Part shown: in pieces, positions 37,724 to 49,778 of the stretch
How the letters are laid out: each line of letters begins with the position of its first letter
Numbering within the stretch: position 1 is the stretch's first letter
Notes under the pieces: model-generated
The model's database searches: none
What the model saw: the letters and a program-made list of their open reading frames with translations, nothing else
What the model was told of the DNA's origin: nothing
Source of the DNA: Lama guanicoe
Lineage: Eukaryota
Direction of reading: 5' to 3'
Length of the DNA stretch: 64,000 nt
Assembly: GCA_013239625.1 (NCBI GenBank)
Contig: MU053561.1
Span: 2,744,283-2,808,282, forward strand
Translations under genes and position numbers: made by a program

Positions 37724-38727
37724 TTTAATTGGTTATTATTCTATGTGGAGAAGCATGAATAAATGGACTCCTCAGATAATATGTCTCCACTATTCGAAAG
37801 AAAATACATTTTAATTGTATGGTAACTTTGGATACTAGGATGTTTTCATCTATAACCTTTTATAGAGTCTCGTATAGCTCAGTTCTTGCCTTTGATAGAG
37901 GTGTATTCCACTTCAAAACAGTGAATCTAATTTATTTTTCATTATTGATTCCACACTTGTTTCAGTTCCATCTCTGACACTCTCTGTAGTTATAAACCCA
38001 GTGACATTGTTATTGCACACAGCCACAATGACTTTATCAAATTTACTAAAAATTAGTAAGAGAGGCAAACTTGTACAACCATGTTGGATTGCAGAGGTAT
38101 TTAACTAGTGGGATCTCTTTGTCAGCCTCCCCCAGAGTGATTTCTTACCTCATGTGAATTATTCGTACAAATATCCTGTCTTGAATTTCACTATGAAAAA
38201 TGAAAACTTAGTATTCACAGTCCATAACATTACAGACAATGCTGAAAAGTCCACAATTTAAATAATATACCTTAATCAGGCCAGACCGTTTTTGTGGAAT
38301 TACCCAACACTGGAAAGGTTCTGGCATCTTTGCAGAAGTTCCTGCATGTCCCTGCAGCACATAGTGAGTCACTGAATACATTTCAGTGGTAGCATTTATA
38401 TGTGTTATGACTTGTGCAGTTTTCCTATTACTTTTTGCTCTCTGTGGCTTTGCCCTTTTGGTAATTTCTTTGATGAGGTATTAAAATCGACCCCAACAAT
38501 TTGAAGTGCCATTTCCTATTACATAATAAATCTTTCTGGTTTGTACATGTATAATCACATTACCTAAGAACAAGCAAAAAGGTGAGACCCACAGCATCCC
38601 TCCATCCACTCACCCTTTTCAATTCAAACTAGAACTAAACTAGAACAATATTTAAATATCTCACATCAGAATGCCTGCAAAAGTCTTAGACTTACAATAA
38701 TGGCGACATTGTCACTCTTGCAAACAT
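37724..38727 (-). pseudogene. Exon cluster B of the candidate gene: 38696-38727, 38432-38563, 38271-38351, 38149-38190, 37890-37983, 37724-37789
   Basis: Acceptors ctcttttcag, ctttttgcttgttcttag, gtgctgcag, ttttcatttttcatag, ataactacag, ttctttcgaatag. Donors gtaagt, gtaata, gtatat, gtaaga, gcaaga, gtgaca. Introns 80-165 bp. Spliced frame from the second exon: NVIIHVQTRKIYYVIGNGTSNCWGRF*YLIKEITKRAKPQRAK-RTCRNFCKDARTFPVLGNSTKTVWPD*-VKFKTGYLYE*FT*-ESVRDGTETSVESIMKNKLDSLF*SGIHLYQ-SGDILSEESIYSCFST*NNNQL. Confidence 0.55.
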
Positions 38728-40124
38728 CTGAAAAGAGTGCTTAGTGGAGAAATTGCTAAGAGTGTTCTCAGAAATCTTGGGGTCTGCTTCCTCCAAGAAG
38801 TCAGAAACAGGATGCAGTGGACTTTCAATGAGTCATTAATTTGACATTCATTGGCCCTTTTGTTGACAGAATTTAGAAAAAAAAGTGGGTTTATTTTCAT
38901 GGCTGCCACTAGAACTAATTCTAGGGATGGCATTAAATGCAGGGCAGCTGCCTAGAAATCGTGGGCAGCATCATCCTGTGCCCTCTATTTACCAGTGGGG
39001 ACAGGGGAAGGTGCTGTGGAACTGTAAATCCAATAGACTCTCAAGAGATTTGAATTGACCCTCAGTCCTGGTGTCTGGAAATCCATCATTCTACATAGAC
39101 ACAGGGACTTGAGCAGAATGAATAATTAGTATGGTTTAGAGAATTCAATTCATCTAGTATTTATTGAGTGCACTGTGAACACACAGTGTTCAGGGCCAGG
39201 TGCTGGAAAAGGCAGGAAACAAGGATGGGAGAAAATATGCCACAATATATGAAATGTTTCTAATCCTCAGGGGCCTCAGCTCAGTGTGTTGACAGAGAGA
39301 CAAAACACACTTAGGAAATAATGAGAAAGTCCAAGAGACAGTGTCTAATATTTAAAACCATGTACTGAATGCAAATGAGTGTCACGATCAGGCCTCATCA
39401 TGGGGCACAGGTTGGATGGAGACTGGGGAATCAAGGAGACAGTCTAGAGGCAATTAACTGGTCCAGGGAGAGATGATGAGTCTGCATGAGGATAAGACAG
39501 CGGAAAAGGACCAAATGATGATACTGACAGAAGTACCAGAGGGAATATTGATTGACGTTAAAATCAAACTCTTATTTTGACAATGTAGATTTCTTCTGAT
39601 CCTCCTAAAAACATACCTTTGTAACATTCTAAGGTCCTTTTCAGTTCTAAAACAATCTGTTCTAAGCCAGTTTCAACTCTACTGCTCATCAAAACTTTAT
39701 CTAAGAAAAATCAAATATAGGACTTATTGTTAGGATAGTTCTGGAAACGATGGATTTATCAAAGAAAATAAATTTACACCTTCCTGAAATGTATGCTTTA
39801 GCTGAATAGATTTTAGGTGTACAGAACAGGACGTGAGGGAGAACAAGAAGAATGAGGGAGATGGTATTTTAATAATTGAAATTCTCAACATAAATCCTAT
39901 TTTTAAAAACATTTGTGGTACTCAGTACTGTGTTCTCCAAGGGCTCTCCTCCCCTTCCAGACATGAGACACACTTTCCTGCTCCTTCAAAGTTAGGCGGA
40001 GCTACATGACTAACTTCGATAGGAATGCTGTCAGCCAATATGATGTGTATTAATTACTTCCAGGAGGAAGCTTTTAAGAGCAGGTGCACGACTCTTTGAG
40101 CTCCTCTTCTGCCATCTCACGAAG

Positions 40125-41366
40125 AGATCACAGTTTACAATGTTGTGTCAAGCTCGTGTACAGCATAATGTTTCATTCATACATATACATACATATATTC
40201 CTTTTTGTATTCTTTTTCATTATAGGTTACTACAAGATACTGAATATAGTTCCATGTGCTATACAATATGAACTTGTTGTTTATCTATTTTTTATATTTA
40301 TTAGTATCTGTAAATCTTGAACTCCCAGCTTATCCCTTCCCAGCTCCTTCCCACTGCCCTCTCTGGTAATAATGTTTGTTTTCTATGCCTGCGAGTCTGT
40401 TTCTGTTTTGTAAATAATTTTGTTTGTCTTTTTTTAGATTCCACATATAAGTGGTATCATATGGTATTTTTCTTTTTCTTTCTGACTTACTTTACTTAGA
40501 ATGACAATCTCCAGGTCCATCCATGTTGCTGCAAATGGCATTATTTTATTCTTTTTTATGGCTGAGTAGTATTCCATTGTATAAATATACCACTTCTTCT
40601 TTATCCAGTCATCTGTTGATGAACATTATGTTGTTTCCATGTCTTGGCTATTGTAAATAGTATGTAAATGCTATGAACATTGGGGTGCATGTATCTTTTT
40701 GAATTAAGGTTCCCTCTGGATATATGCCCAGGAGTAGGATTGCTGGATCACAGGGTAAGTCTATTTTTAGCCTTTTGAGGAATCTCCATTCTGTTTTCCA
40801 CAATGGCTGCACCAAACTACATTCCCACCAACAGTGTAGGAGGGTTCCTTTTTCTCCACAGCCTCTCCAGCATTTATCATTTGTGGACTTTTGAATAATG
40901 GCCATTCTGACAGGTATGAAGTAATAGCTCATTGTAGTTTTGATTTGCATTTCTCTGATAATTAGTGATATTGAACATTTTTTCATGTGCCTATTGGCCA
41001 TTTGTATGTCTTCACTGGAGAATTGCTTGTTTAGGTCTTTTGCTCATTTTTGGATTGGGTTGTTTGTTTTTTTTCTCAAGTTGTATGAGCCGTTTATATC
41101 TTCTGGAAATTAAGTCCTCATCAGTCTCATCATTTGCAAATATTTTCTCCCATTCCATAGGTTGTCATTTTGTTTTGCTTATGATTTCCTTTGCTGTGCA
41201 AAAGCTTGTAAGTTTAATTAGGTCCCATTTGTTTATTTTTGCTTTTATTTCTATTGCCTGGGTAGACTGCCTTAGGAGAACATTGGTGAGATTTATGTCA
41301 TATAACGTTTTGCCCATGTTTTCTTCTAAGAGGTTTATGGTGTCTTGTCTTATGTTTAAGTCTTTA
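40125..41366 (-). mobile_element. Relatively young 5'-truncated L1 3' end nested in a MaLR LTR (~39930-41460)
   Basis: ORF 40648-41001 [36 protein letters not shown]...[18 protein letters not shown] is a well-preserved ORF2 C-terminus, followed by a cetartiodactyl-type 3' UTR. Confidence 0.95.
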
Positions 41367-42959
41367 CTGGCTTCTCTTTCTCCTCACTTCTTCCTTGGAG
41401 AAACGATGACTTATCCAATGGGTGAGGTTGGGCTACGCCTCTAAGCATGCTCAGCTAAGCCTGTGTGCTCTTCCTCTTTGGGAGCTCACTGCAGAGGGTA
41501 CACATTCCTCTCTGTTTCTCTGTGCTGAAGCTTTTCAGGGAAGATACTGTGGAGGATGGGAGAAAGGGGTCAGGACTTCAGCTGTCCAGTACTGGTTATG
41601 ATAGGATGGATGTATTTGCTTAATTCTGAGATGCAATATTAGGAAGGCTATTATTAATGCATATTTATTCAACAGTTCCATCAGTAAGAAACGTGGCATT
41701 TCTGTCTCCATCTGCCTGACCAATTTGCATCTTTCAGTTTATCCCAAACACAATGGGGAATAGATTGTCATTTACTGGTCTGCCCCTTAAACTCTAATAT
41801 CCCTGAGTCCTTCTGTTCTCTTATTCTGGAGTTCTGCTTAATCATGTGTTAGACCTCATTCTGTTTTCCACATCTCTTAACCTTGTGTTCGTATTTCCCA
41901 TCTTTCTGTCTTCCTGGTTTTGCATTCTGAGTAAAATTTACATTTGCATTTTTTCAGTTCACTTATTCTCTCTTCAGCTGTGCGTCAAGCGTTGTGTAAC
42001 CCATCCCTTTTTGGTGGTACCTTTTTCCTTGCTTATGTTTCCAACTCCTTTTTCTCCCTTTCCTTTAGCATTTTAAACTGTACCATATTCTGGTATTTGA
42101 GGTCCTAGATGATCTGACGTGACTGTGTTATTTTTGGTGGCTCTTGTATGTGGTAGCTTGTTTCTTTATGTCTTTTATAATTTCGTGATGTGATCCTGCA
42201 TTTGGCTGAACTGTATTTGTGAGGATCCTGAGAGCCCTGGATCGAGGCTATGCCTTCTAGGGACAATTAGTGTTTGCTTCTGCCTGTCACCGTGTGCACT
42301 ACAAACCTGAAGGCACTTCACTAACGCTCTCAGCTTGTGTCTTCTTGGGCTACGCCACCCGTACAGAGTCAACTCTCAGTTTTAGGAGAGACTTTTTTTT
42401 TCCTTGGCCAACTTCAGCAAAGGCTGAAAAAATTTCCTCAGTGACAGTCTTTGCTTTTGAGCAGCTTTTCTGCAGACACCTTTTCACTGAGGCTCTTTGA
42501 CTATGTCGACGTTCTACGGGGCTCTGCTCCAACTCTCACCTTGGGATGGACCGAGGTTTTAGCTTCAGTCCTTAAACAACCGTTAAACTCAGAACTCTGG
42601 ATTATGGGAATCAGCAAATCTCCAAAGGGCAGCTACAGCTTCAAAGTCAGCTCACTGCTAAGTTTTCGAGTTTCAGCTTCATTTAGGCACATACTTCACT
42701 ACCTTTTTTTGTCAAGGTCTGTGATGACCTTCAGAGGAGATCTGATACATTTTTGTCATTATAGATACTAGAAATCTAGAATTTCTCGATGCTGTGTAAT
42801 GGGATATTTTCTCAGTCTATTTCATTTACAATATTGTCAGAAACAGAAATCTCTGGAATGCTAAACAAATTGAACACAGAATTTTATGTCAGTAAAATTA
42901 ATTGACATAGCACCATGGCACATGGTTTCATATGCATGTATAGGGGACTCCAGCCATGC

Positions 42960-43475
42960 TCTGTGACCAACCCAAGTTATTTGAACAGCTTCCTATGTTT
43001 GGGGAACTTCCCATATTGTTGAGATCAAGTGTGGACTTGCATTTCCTAGGGTGGCAGCCAGAACTCCATTCCCTGTCTTCCCATGTGGGTGCAGGGGGCG
43101 GGTGTGCTCTCTAGACTCTGCCTGTCTGATACCTAGGGTAAGAATTGGACTTGGAAAAGAGCAACATGAAGGGCAGGAGCACACGGGTAATCTTTTTTTC
43201 AGAAGAGCAGCAGAATGGCTGCTTTTGTGGGGAGCAGTGGCAGAGCTTCTTATGTGCAGTGCCTGGCATCACCAGTGGGCACTCTAGTGCCACCCTGTGT
43301 GGTCTTTCTGATACAATCCTGTGATGAGTCGTACACTTGGATGCAGCTTCCACGCCCAACCCTCTGGCCCTCTCCAAGAGTCTGTGTGATACCTGATAGC
43401 CGATAATAAATTCTCTTTTTGCTCAAACTAGCTAAGCAGGTGATGGTGTTTTCAATTAAGGACCCTGACTGATAG
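42960..43475 (+). mobile_element. ERVL/MaLR-type LTR
   Basis: Terminal aataaattctctttttgctcaaactagc...ccctgactgata. A similar old LTR lies at ~32215-33085. Confidence 0.6.
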
Positions 43476-45894
43476 CCTGTGGATATAGCAAAGTACAGAG
43501 GTTTAATTATGAAGACTCATTCTGCAAGCTACATGCAGAAATCAATATCATTATGTATAGTCCCGCCTCATTGAATTCTGTGTGCTGATAAAAAGAAGGC
43601 TTACAAACACCGATTACTAGAATAAATGCAGTATTATATTTAGAAGAGGAAAATAATTTAGAATTCAAAAATATACCTTTCTTGTCAACAATTTTGGTTT
43701 AATGGCTTTTTAAAATAAGCGGAATTCTATTGTCTGGTTCAAATTTAGGAGTATATGTGCTCTGTGTGTGTGTGTGTGTGCTTCAAGTTTGGTTTGATCT
43801 GTGGTTTAGTTAAAAATAAGAAATGAATATTCAGTTCCAGTTGGGATTTTATGTAAGCTCCTGCCAAGGTTATTATTGCAAAGATGCAGAAAGGTCAGCC
43901 TCATGGAGATAAATAATCACAATGATTTTCCACATGATATCCCACGACACCCCTGATAAATAAAGACTACACATCTCATTTTCATTCCCATTTCACCTCT
44001 GCTCTCTCTGCTTGGAATTTCCCCCCCTTCCGTCTCTGCAGGCCTAGATTATAGTTGTCCTTTAAAGCTCCCTTTTAATGCTGCTTCCTCCATCAAGCCT
44101 TCCTTTCATCACAGCCGAAGGAATTAACGTCTCCCTTCTCTGGTCTCACAAAGCACTTCGTGAGCTCTACTTAACATTCACGTGTACGCCTGTAACGTGG
44201 CACCACCTCTTCTGTGGAAGGTGGTAGAGCCAGACAAGAATGGTCCCTCAGTTGTTGGTCAGTCAGTTCCAGGAGTGGCCACCTTCACTTCCCCACTTTC
44301 TGTTGCCAAAGAGCGAGCATGCTGGTGAAGGAGGGGGAGGAATGGAAAGGTGACCTAACGCTGGTCTCATTGGATCAGACACACAAATGGAATCACAGAG
44401 AATGTAAAACCAGCTCTTTATGTTTGTCTGGAGCCTTATAATCCAAAGCATTCACGGTCCCAATGGTCAGCTTACTTTGTCTCTTAATTTGTTCCCCTGT
44501 CGGTTCATGGGCACAGAACCGATCCTGTTCAACTGTGGGGTCAACAGAGAGTGACTGCCGTGGGTGACAGGGTCCATTCCCCGATCTTCCTGCTGCTGCC
44601 CCCTCTTCTCCTCCCAGGCAGTTATTTTAACCCTTTCCCTCCACAGCACCACCCCCAAGTCCCACCTCTTCTGTGTGGAAGCTTCTGGATACCTTGCCAG
44701 TTACTCTCTGCTTCATCTTGGGAAGAGGAGAAGGGGAACTTTGAATGCTGGAGTAGAAGAAAGTTGAGAAGGAGCCCTCATGGGAGGTTGAGCATCAGGT
44801 GGAATATTGGAAATTAATGTAATCTCTCAGATGGCAAATGTTAACCTCCTATCTGAGTATCTCCTGTATCTTATACAAAAACTATCTGTTTCCAAGACCT
44901 GGGTTCCCCAACAACAAAACAACCTCCTTTATTATTGTAGCTCTGGGAGGTTTATTCTCTGGGGAAGGGTGGGGATGGTGAGGAAAAAGAAAACCCCATC
45001 CTTCCATATCTTGCCGGCCACGAATTAAGCATTTTGAGAGAATGAGCTGGTTTCTTACACCTTTCTCAGTCCTTGTACAGAGTAGATCAGTAAATATTTG
45101 TTTAATGGATGCATGGACTGTGGAGCTAATCCAGCAGAGAAAATGTCACATTCTGATGTTTGATGGTACATGTTACGTCTTCGAAGGACTGATTTTCTTT
45201 TTTTTTTAAGGAGACGCGACTTCGGTATAACCTAAATCCTCAAGACCTTTACACCCACCTAAGGTGCCCTCTGTGGTCTAACGAGATGTGGATGCCCGTG
45301 GCCCCTATTTGTCTGTTTCAGCCCAGCCAGGCTAGCCCGGTCAGGGGGTGGAGTGAGGGAGCTTGTCTATGGCTCTCCTGCTCTCCTTTTTGTCCCCCAA
45401 CCGCTAGGAATCGCCCCTCTCCTCCTACCCCAGTCAGCACTTTTTCACTCTCAACAGGAAAAGGTCTGATATCATGTATATTTGAACTGAGATTGCTTCA
45501 GGTGAGATAAATGGACGATTCCCAAAACTGGTAAATGCTGTCTTCACAACACCACAGAAGTGGGACAGCCCAGAGAAAAAGAGATTCCAGGGCCACAGGG
45601 CTTTATCTGAGAGCCTGGAAATCTCAAAGGACACCAGAGGTTCAACAGAAACTGCTTCGAATGCCCACCCAGCTCCCGGGCAGTGGCGGGTGGGCACGGG
45701 GTGCAGGTGACGAGGGAGGGGCAGTGACAAGGGAGGAAGCAGCTGCAGCTCCAGGGAGCTTTTGCCTCCAGGACACTGAGTGGGGCTTGAAGGTTAACAA
45801 CGGTTTGTGGGTCGTCCAAGTCAAAGACCACTGTCCCTGTCGCTCCAGCCTGCCTTCTCCCCCAGGCCGATGAGGCTCGGGAAATGTGTGCGTG

Positions 45895-46020
45895 TGCACC
45901 TGGACGGTGAGTGCTCTAGACCAGCTGTGATGTTTTTCATCCTTATCCCAGTGCCTAATGCACCTGGACGGTGAGTGCTCTAGACCAGCTGTGATGTTTT
46001 TCATCCTTATCCCAGTGCCT
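45895..46020. repeat. Perfect 62-bp tandem duplication with a 2-nt spacer
   Basis: 45895-45956 is identical to 45959-46020. Confidence 0.95.
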
Positions 46021-46774
46021 GGTCTGATAGATGTTCACCATAAAAAATTCCTGAAGGAAAATTGCTGAAGGAATGGATGGATGACTGAACAACTAAATGA
46101 AGAGCACATCTTACATTTTCCTGGCCCTCTGAACTGAAAAACAAATGGACAAACGAAAAATAAGGTTAAAGAGGAAGGAGGCATGGTAGCTTCTGAAGAG
46201 GTCTGAGCAACTTCCTGAACTTTCTAAGTGATTTTATATGCTCATTAGTGCCAACGAATATTCAGAATTTCCTCACGTTGCCCTCCCCCTCTCTGCAAGG
46301 TCTGGTCGTGTTCGCGTGGTCATCGGGCTGCCCCTGCACACCTTTGTTGTATCACATACTCTATGGTGGAAGTCCTTGAGACCTGACAGCGCGGGGGTTC
46401 AGGTCCCGGGGCTAGAGTTAGACAGTTCCACTACACCTGGCTCCAAGCCAGGTGCTCCCACATCCCAGGGCAGCAGAGTGCCCAGCCTCTCCGGGAGTCC
46501 TCAGGGGATGCTACAGACCAGGGCCAGCCACAAGCATAGTTTGGTTTGAGGGAGAAGGGCTCTCAGACCGTCCTTGCCATGCTCCTCACACACTGGCTGA
46601 AATTCCTGGGGACACCAGTGTCTGCTGAGGGGAAGCGTCGCCGTGAGCGCGTGACTGCGTTTTCAGTGAGGGTGTAAGACATGGTGTGTGATCCTGTTCT
46701 GTGAGGAAGCAGAAACAGATGTGGCTCTTCTCTTGACTGCCATAATTTACATGACAAGGACGGGAGAGGGGAAG

Positions 46775-46965
46775 GAATTCTCCCCGAGGAGAGCTACCCC
46801 TGAGGAGATTCCCACTCAGGACTGCTCCCCCTGAGAGGTGCTCCCCTGAGGACTTCACCCTCAGAAGTGCCCCCCTAAATGCATGGCCACTAAGGAGAGT
46901 CCCCCTCCAGGGGGCACTCCAGAGGATACCCCCCGAGGAGGGCTCCCCTGAGCAGGGCTCCTCTG
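46775..46965. repeat. Degenerate ~15-bp minisatellite (gagggctcccctgag-like)
   Basis: gagagctacccctgag, gagattcccactcag, aggtgctcccctgag, gagggctcccctgag. Confidence 0.75.
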
Positions 46966-49539
46966 GCCTCTTCCCTGCAGATTCTCCCCTGGGCTCCAGG
47001 TTGAGGAAAGACTGTCTCCCCTAGAACAGGGGCCTCAGAAGAGGACAGACTTCTCTTTCCTCTTCCAGGCAGCTCTTGGAGCTGCCCAGAGTGGGGTTCC
47101 ATGGGCCTGACAGCTGCTCAGGAGAGCTGGCCGCCGTCTCTCTGCCCCGGGACTCCGAGGCCCAGTGCGCTCTGAGCAGGGCCGGCCTCAGGAGGAGTTT
47201 TGAGAGGGCAACACTGCCCCCCTCCGCTCCCCACATTTCCCTACACTACACACTCGGTCCACCAGTCTCATCCCACCATTTTCACACCTTCACACAAACG
47301 GGCTGCGCTCTTCTGAGGGGACGTGCCTTCTAACAGGGTCCACACCCTTGAGCTGGAGGTGAGGCGCCTTCCCCACATTCAGGAAGAATAAAATGCACAC
47401 AGGCCCAGTCTGCTTCCCACTGAAATGAAAATAAAGAAAAAAAGTATAATCTTAAGACCTGGAATACCTACTTTACTGAATGAAAGGAGGTCAGCGAGGA
47501 AACTGACATGGCTCTTTAATCACTAGAAAGTTGGGGCGTTCACCCCAAAATCACCGGCCAGTTTCCTGGTCTGAGCCCTCAGGTTGCTCGTCACTGCTCC
47601 ACAATGAAACACTCGCAGGTTTAATCGTGGAATTTCTGTTCCCAGCCACTGGGATGGGAGCCACCTCGGGGGGCAGTGGGGCTTCCTGGCCACTCAGAGG
47701 TCACACCAGCGGGCTCTCCTTGGGCCTGGCCCAAGACACAGGTCTCTGTGAGGCATAGAAGGGATGTGGTCCACCTCCCCACAGCTTCACGGGAGACCCC
47801 TGCCCCAGGGCACTGAGTGGTACAACACACGGGTGACGGGCCTGCTCCCTAAGCAAGAATTTCTCCTCTGCCTGTCCCCCTCGTGTCCTCGGAAATGTGT
47901 TTCTGTGGTGAAACCAGCTCTCACACTGAGCCCTTCGTCAGCCTAGTCGATGCAGGGACCAATCTAGGTCGCAGACACCTGGCTTTTTCCTGTCAGGGTT
48001 TGCCTCCCGTGATGGGCATACTGATGTGGGATCTGTTCATTCAGACACTGGTTATCCAGCAGTCTTACTTCAGGTAACTCTGGTGCCACCAGGCTATCGT
48101 TAATATTAGCACTCTCAAGGCACAAGTAGCCGGCTTTGTCCCAGCCACATCCTGTAAAGTCAGCTTGAGTGGCCTGACCTTGAGGCAGGAGAGAAACGAA
48201 GCAGCTAGCATCTCTGTGGGCTGCTCTCTGAGAGGAAACCTACTTCTTCAGACCACCTGTCTTTCTCCCCATGTCTTCTGAGGGTCAATTTTCAGTCTGC
48301 TGACAGTGAAGTTGGAAAAGATGAAAATATTCACAGTAATGTCTTTGTTTTCCAGAAATTACTTCCCTGTTTTCTCAAGCTCACTCCATGTGGGGACCAT
48401 GTAGCATGAAGGGGAACCTACCTCAGGTCCCGGGGCTCTTCCCTGGCCGCCACCTGCCCACCTCTTATGGAATGTCCTGGTCCTCCCCTCACCCATAGAC
48501 ACAGCCCTGTACCAAGGCTCGGATGAGTCCTGACCAGGCCCGTGCTGTTCCTGACATGGGAAGAATCTACCACATGGATTATGCTCTACTGCAGGTCAGA
48601 GGCAGCAGAGGCAGACCTCTGGCTTCTGACCCAGTCGTGCCTGTGAAAATATATTTTGATGATTAAATGAATGAATTTGTTTAGAAATATTTACTGAGCA
48701 CCTACTATGTTTCAGGCACCATACTAAGTACTGGTGATTCTGAGGCAAATCAGACAGACCCAGGACACATAGGCCAGCTCTAAGCAGCATTCAGCAAGTG
48801 ACTGCTCTTAAATGTGAGGGAGGTTGTAGAAGGGGATGGTTATGGTGCTGTGAGGAACTCAGGAAGGTGCCTGGGACTCTAGTCTGTTAGGGAACAAGTT
48901 TGGGGCCTTAGGTAAGAAGAATGATATTTAATCTGGAGCCTGAAGGACAAGTAGAAGGTAGCCAAATAAGGCATCAGGGCCTGGAAGTGACAGTTTAAAT
49001 ATATTTAAAGAACCGAATAAAGTTGCATCTGCCTAGAACTTAGTGGCGGGGGTGGGTGTGAGAAGATGCTTGAGAGACAGGTAGAGGTCAGGTAGGGAAG
49101 TGCTTCAAAAATGGCAGTAAGGAGTTGGACTCTTCTTAGAGAACAAGGAAATAAGATGGCTTTTCAGCAGCATTGGTATTTCATAGCTTTTTTTTTTTTT
49201 AAGATTAAGACTCATTCACTGCTGTAATAAAGAGAACAGAGCATTCATTGCTGAGCACCAAGCTCTGCACATCCCTGCACCTATAAGCCAGAGAGCAGCC
49301 TTTTGCCACAACAAGTGTATCGTGATATTCTTGGTCAGGAAATAAAATTACAGCAAGAGCAAAGATAATGATACCCCTGACTGCTTTGCCTCTAGTTCTG
49401 CTATTGTTTCTGGACTCTGACTGCATAGATTGGATGGTGTTTGCTGGCTGACTTTTGATTTCTCCTATAGACTTGTAATTGTCTGCAAAAATGTCTCATT
49501 GTTCTGGAATAGTCAATAGACTTAACCACCCAACTTTTC

Positions 49540-49744
49540 TCCTAGTTTTTTTGTAATGGTAAAGTAATTATAAATTCTTAAGAAATTGCAAAAATACTAC
49601 CTAGAGGCCAGTAAACATTTCACCCAGCTTTCTTCAATGGTGACATCTTTTATAACATTATTACCATATCAAAAGCAGGAAATAGATATTGGTATATTCC
49701 TTTTAACTAAATCACAGATTTTATCTGGTTTTCACATGACCTCT

Positions 49745-49778
<34 letters not shown>

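Larger units (their letters stand above)
1..46133 (-). pseudogene. Candidate decayed multi-exon gene of unknown identity (overall span; continues off the left edge)
   Basis: Exon-like segments with AG/GT boundaries and chained phases in non-repeat islands at 1-710, 12.6 kb, 18.1-18.6 kb, 25.4-31.3 kb, 36.4-39.9 kb and 43.5-46.1 kb. Scattered in-frame stops and several decayed splice dinucleotides. Confidence 0.55.
39728..46133 (-). pseudogene. Putative 5' exons A of the candidate gene: 46115-46133, 45449-45568, 43677-~43809, ~43521-43616, 39728-39896
   Basis: A 19-bp micro-exon with strong sites (ccatttgttttcag / gtaaga). Frames include VPLLWCCEDSIYQFWESSIYLT*SNLSSNIHDIRPFPVE, STYTPKFEPDNRIPLILKSH*TKIVDKK, VIGVCKPSFYQHTEFNEAGLYIMILISACSLQ and IYVENFNY*NTISLILLVLPHVLFCTPKIYSAKAYISGRCKF. 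Several splice sites are decayed. Confidence 0.35.
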
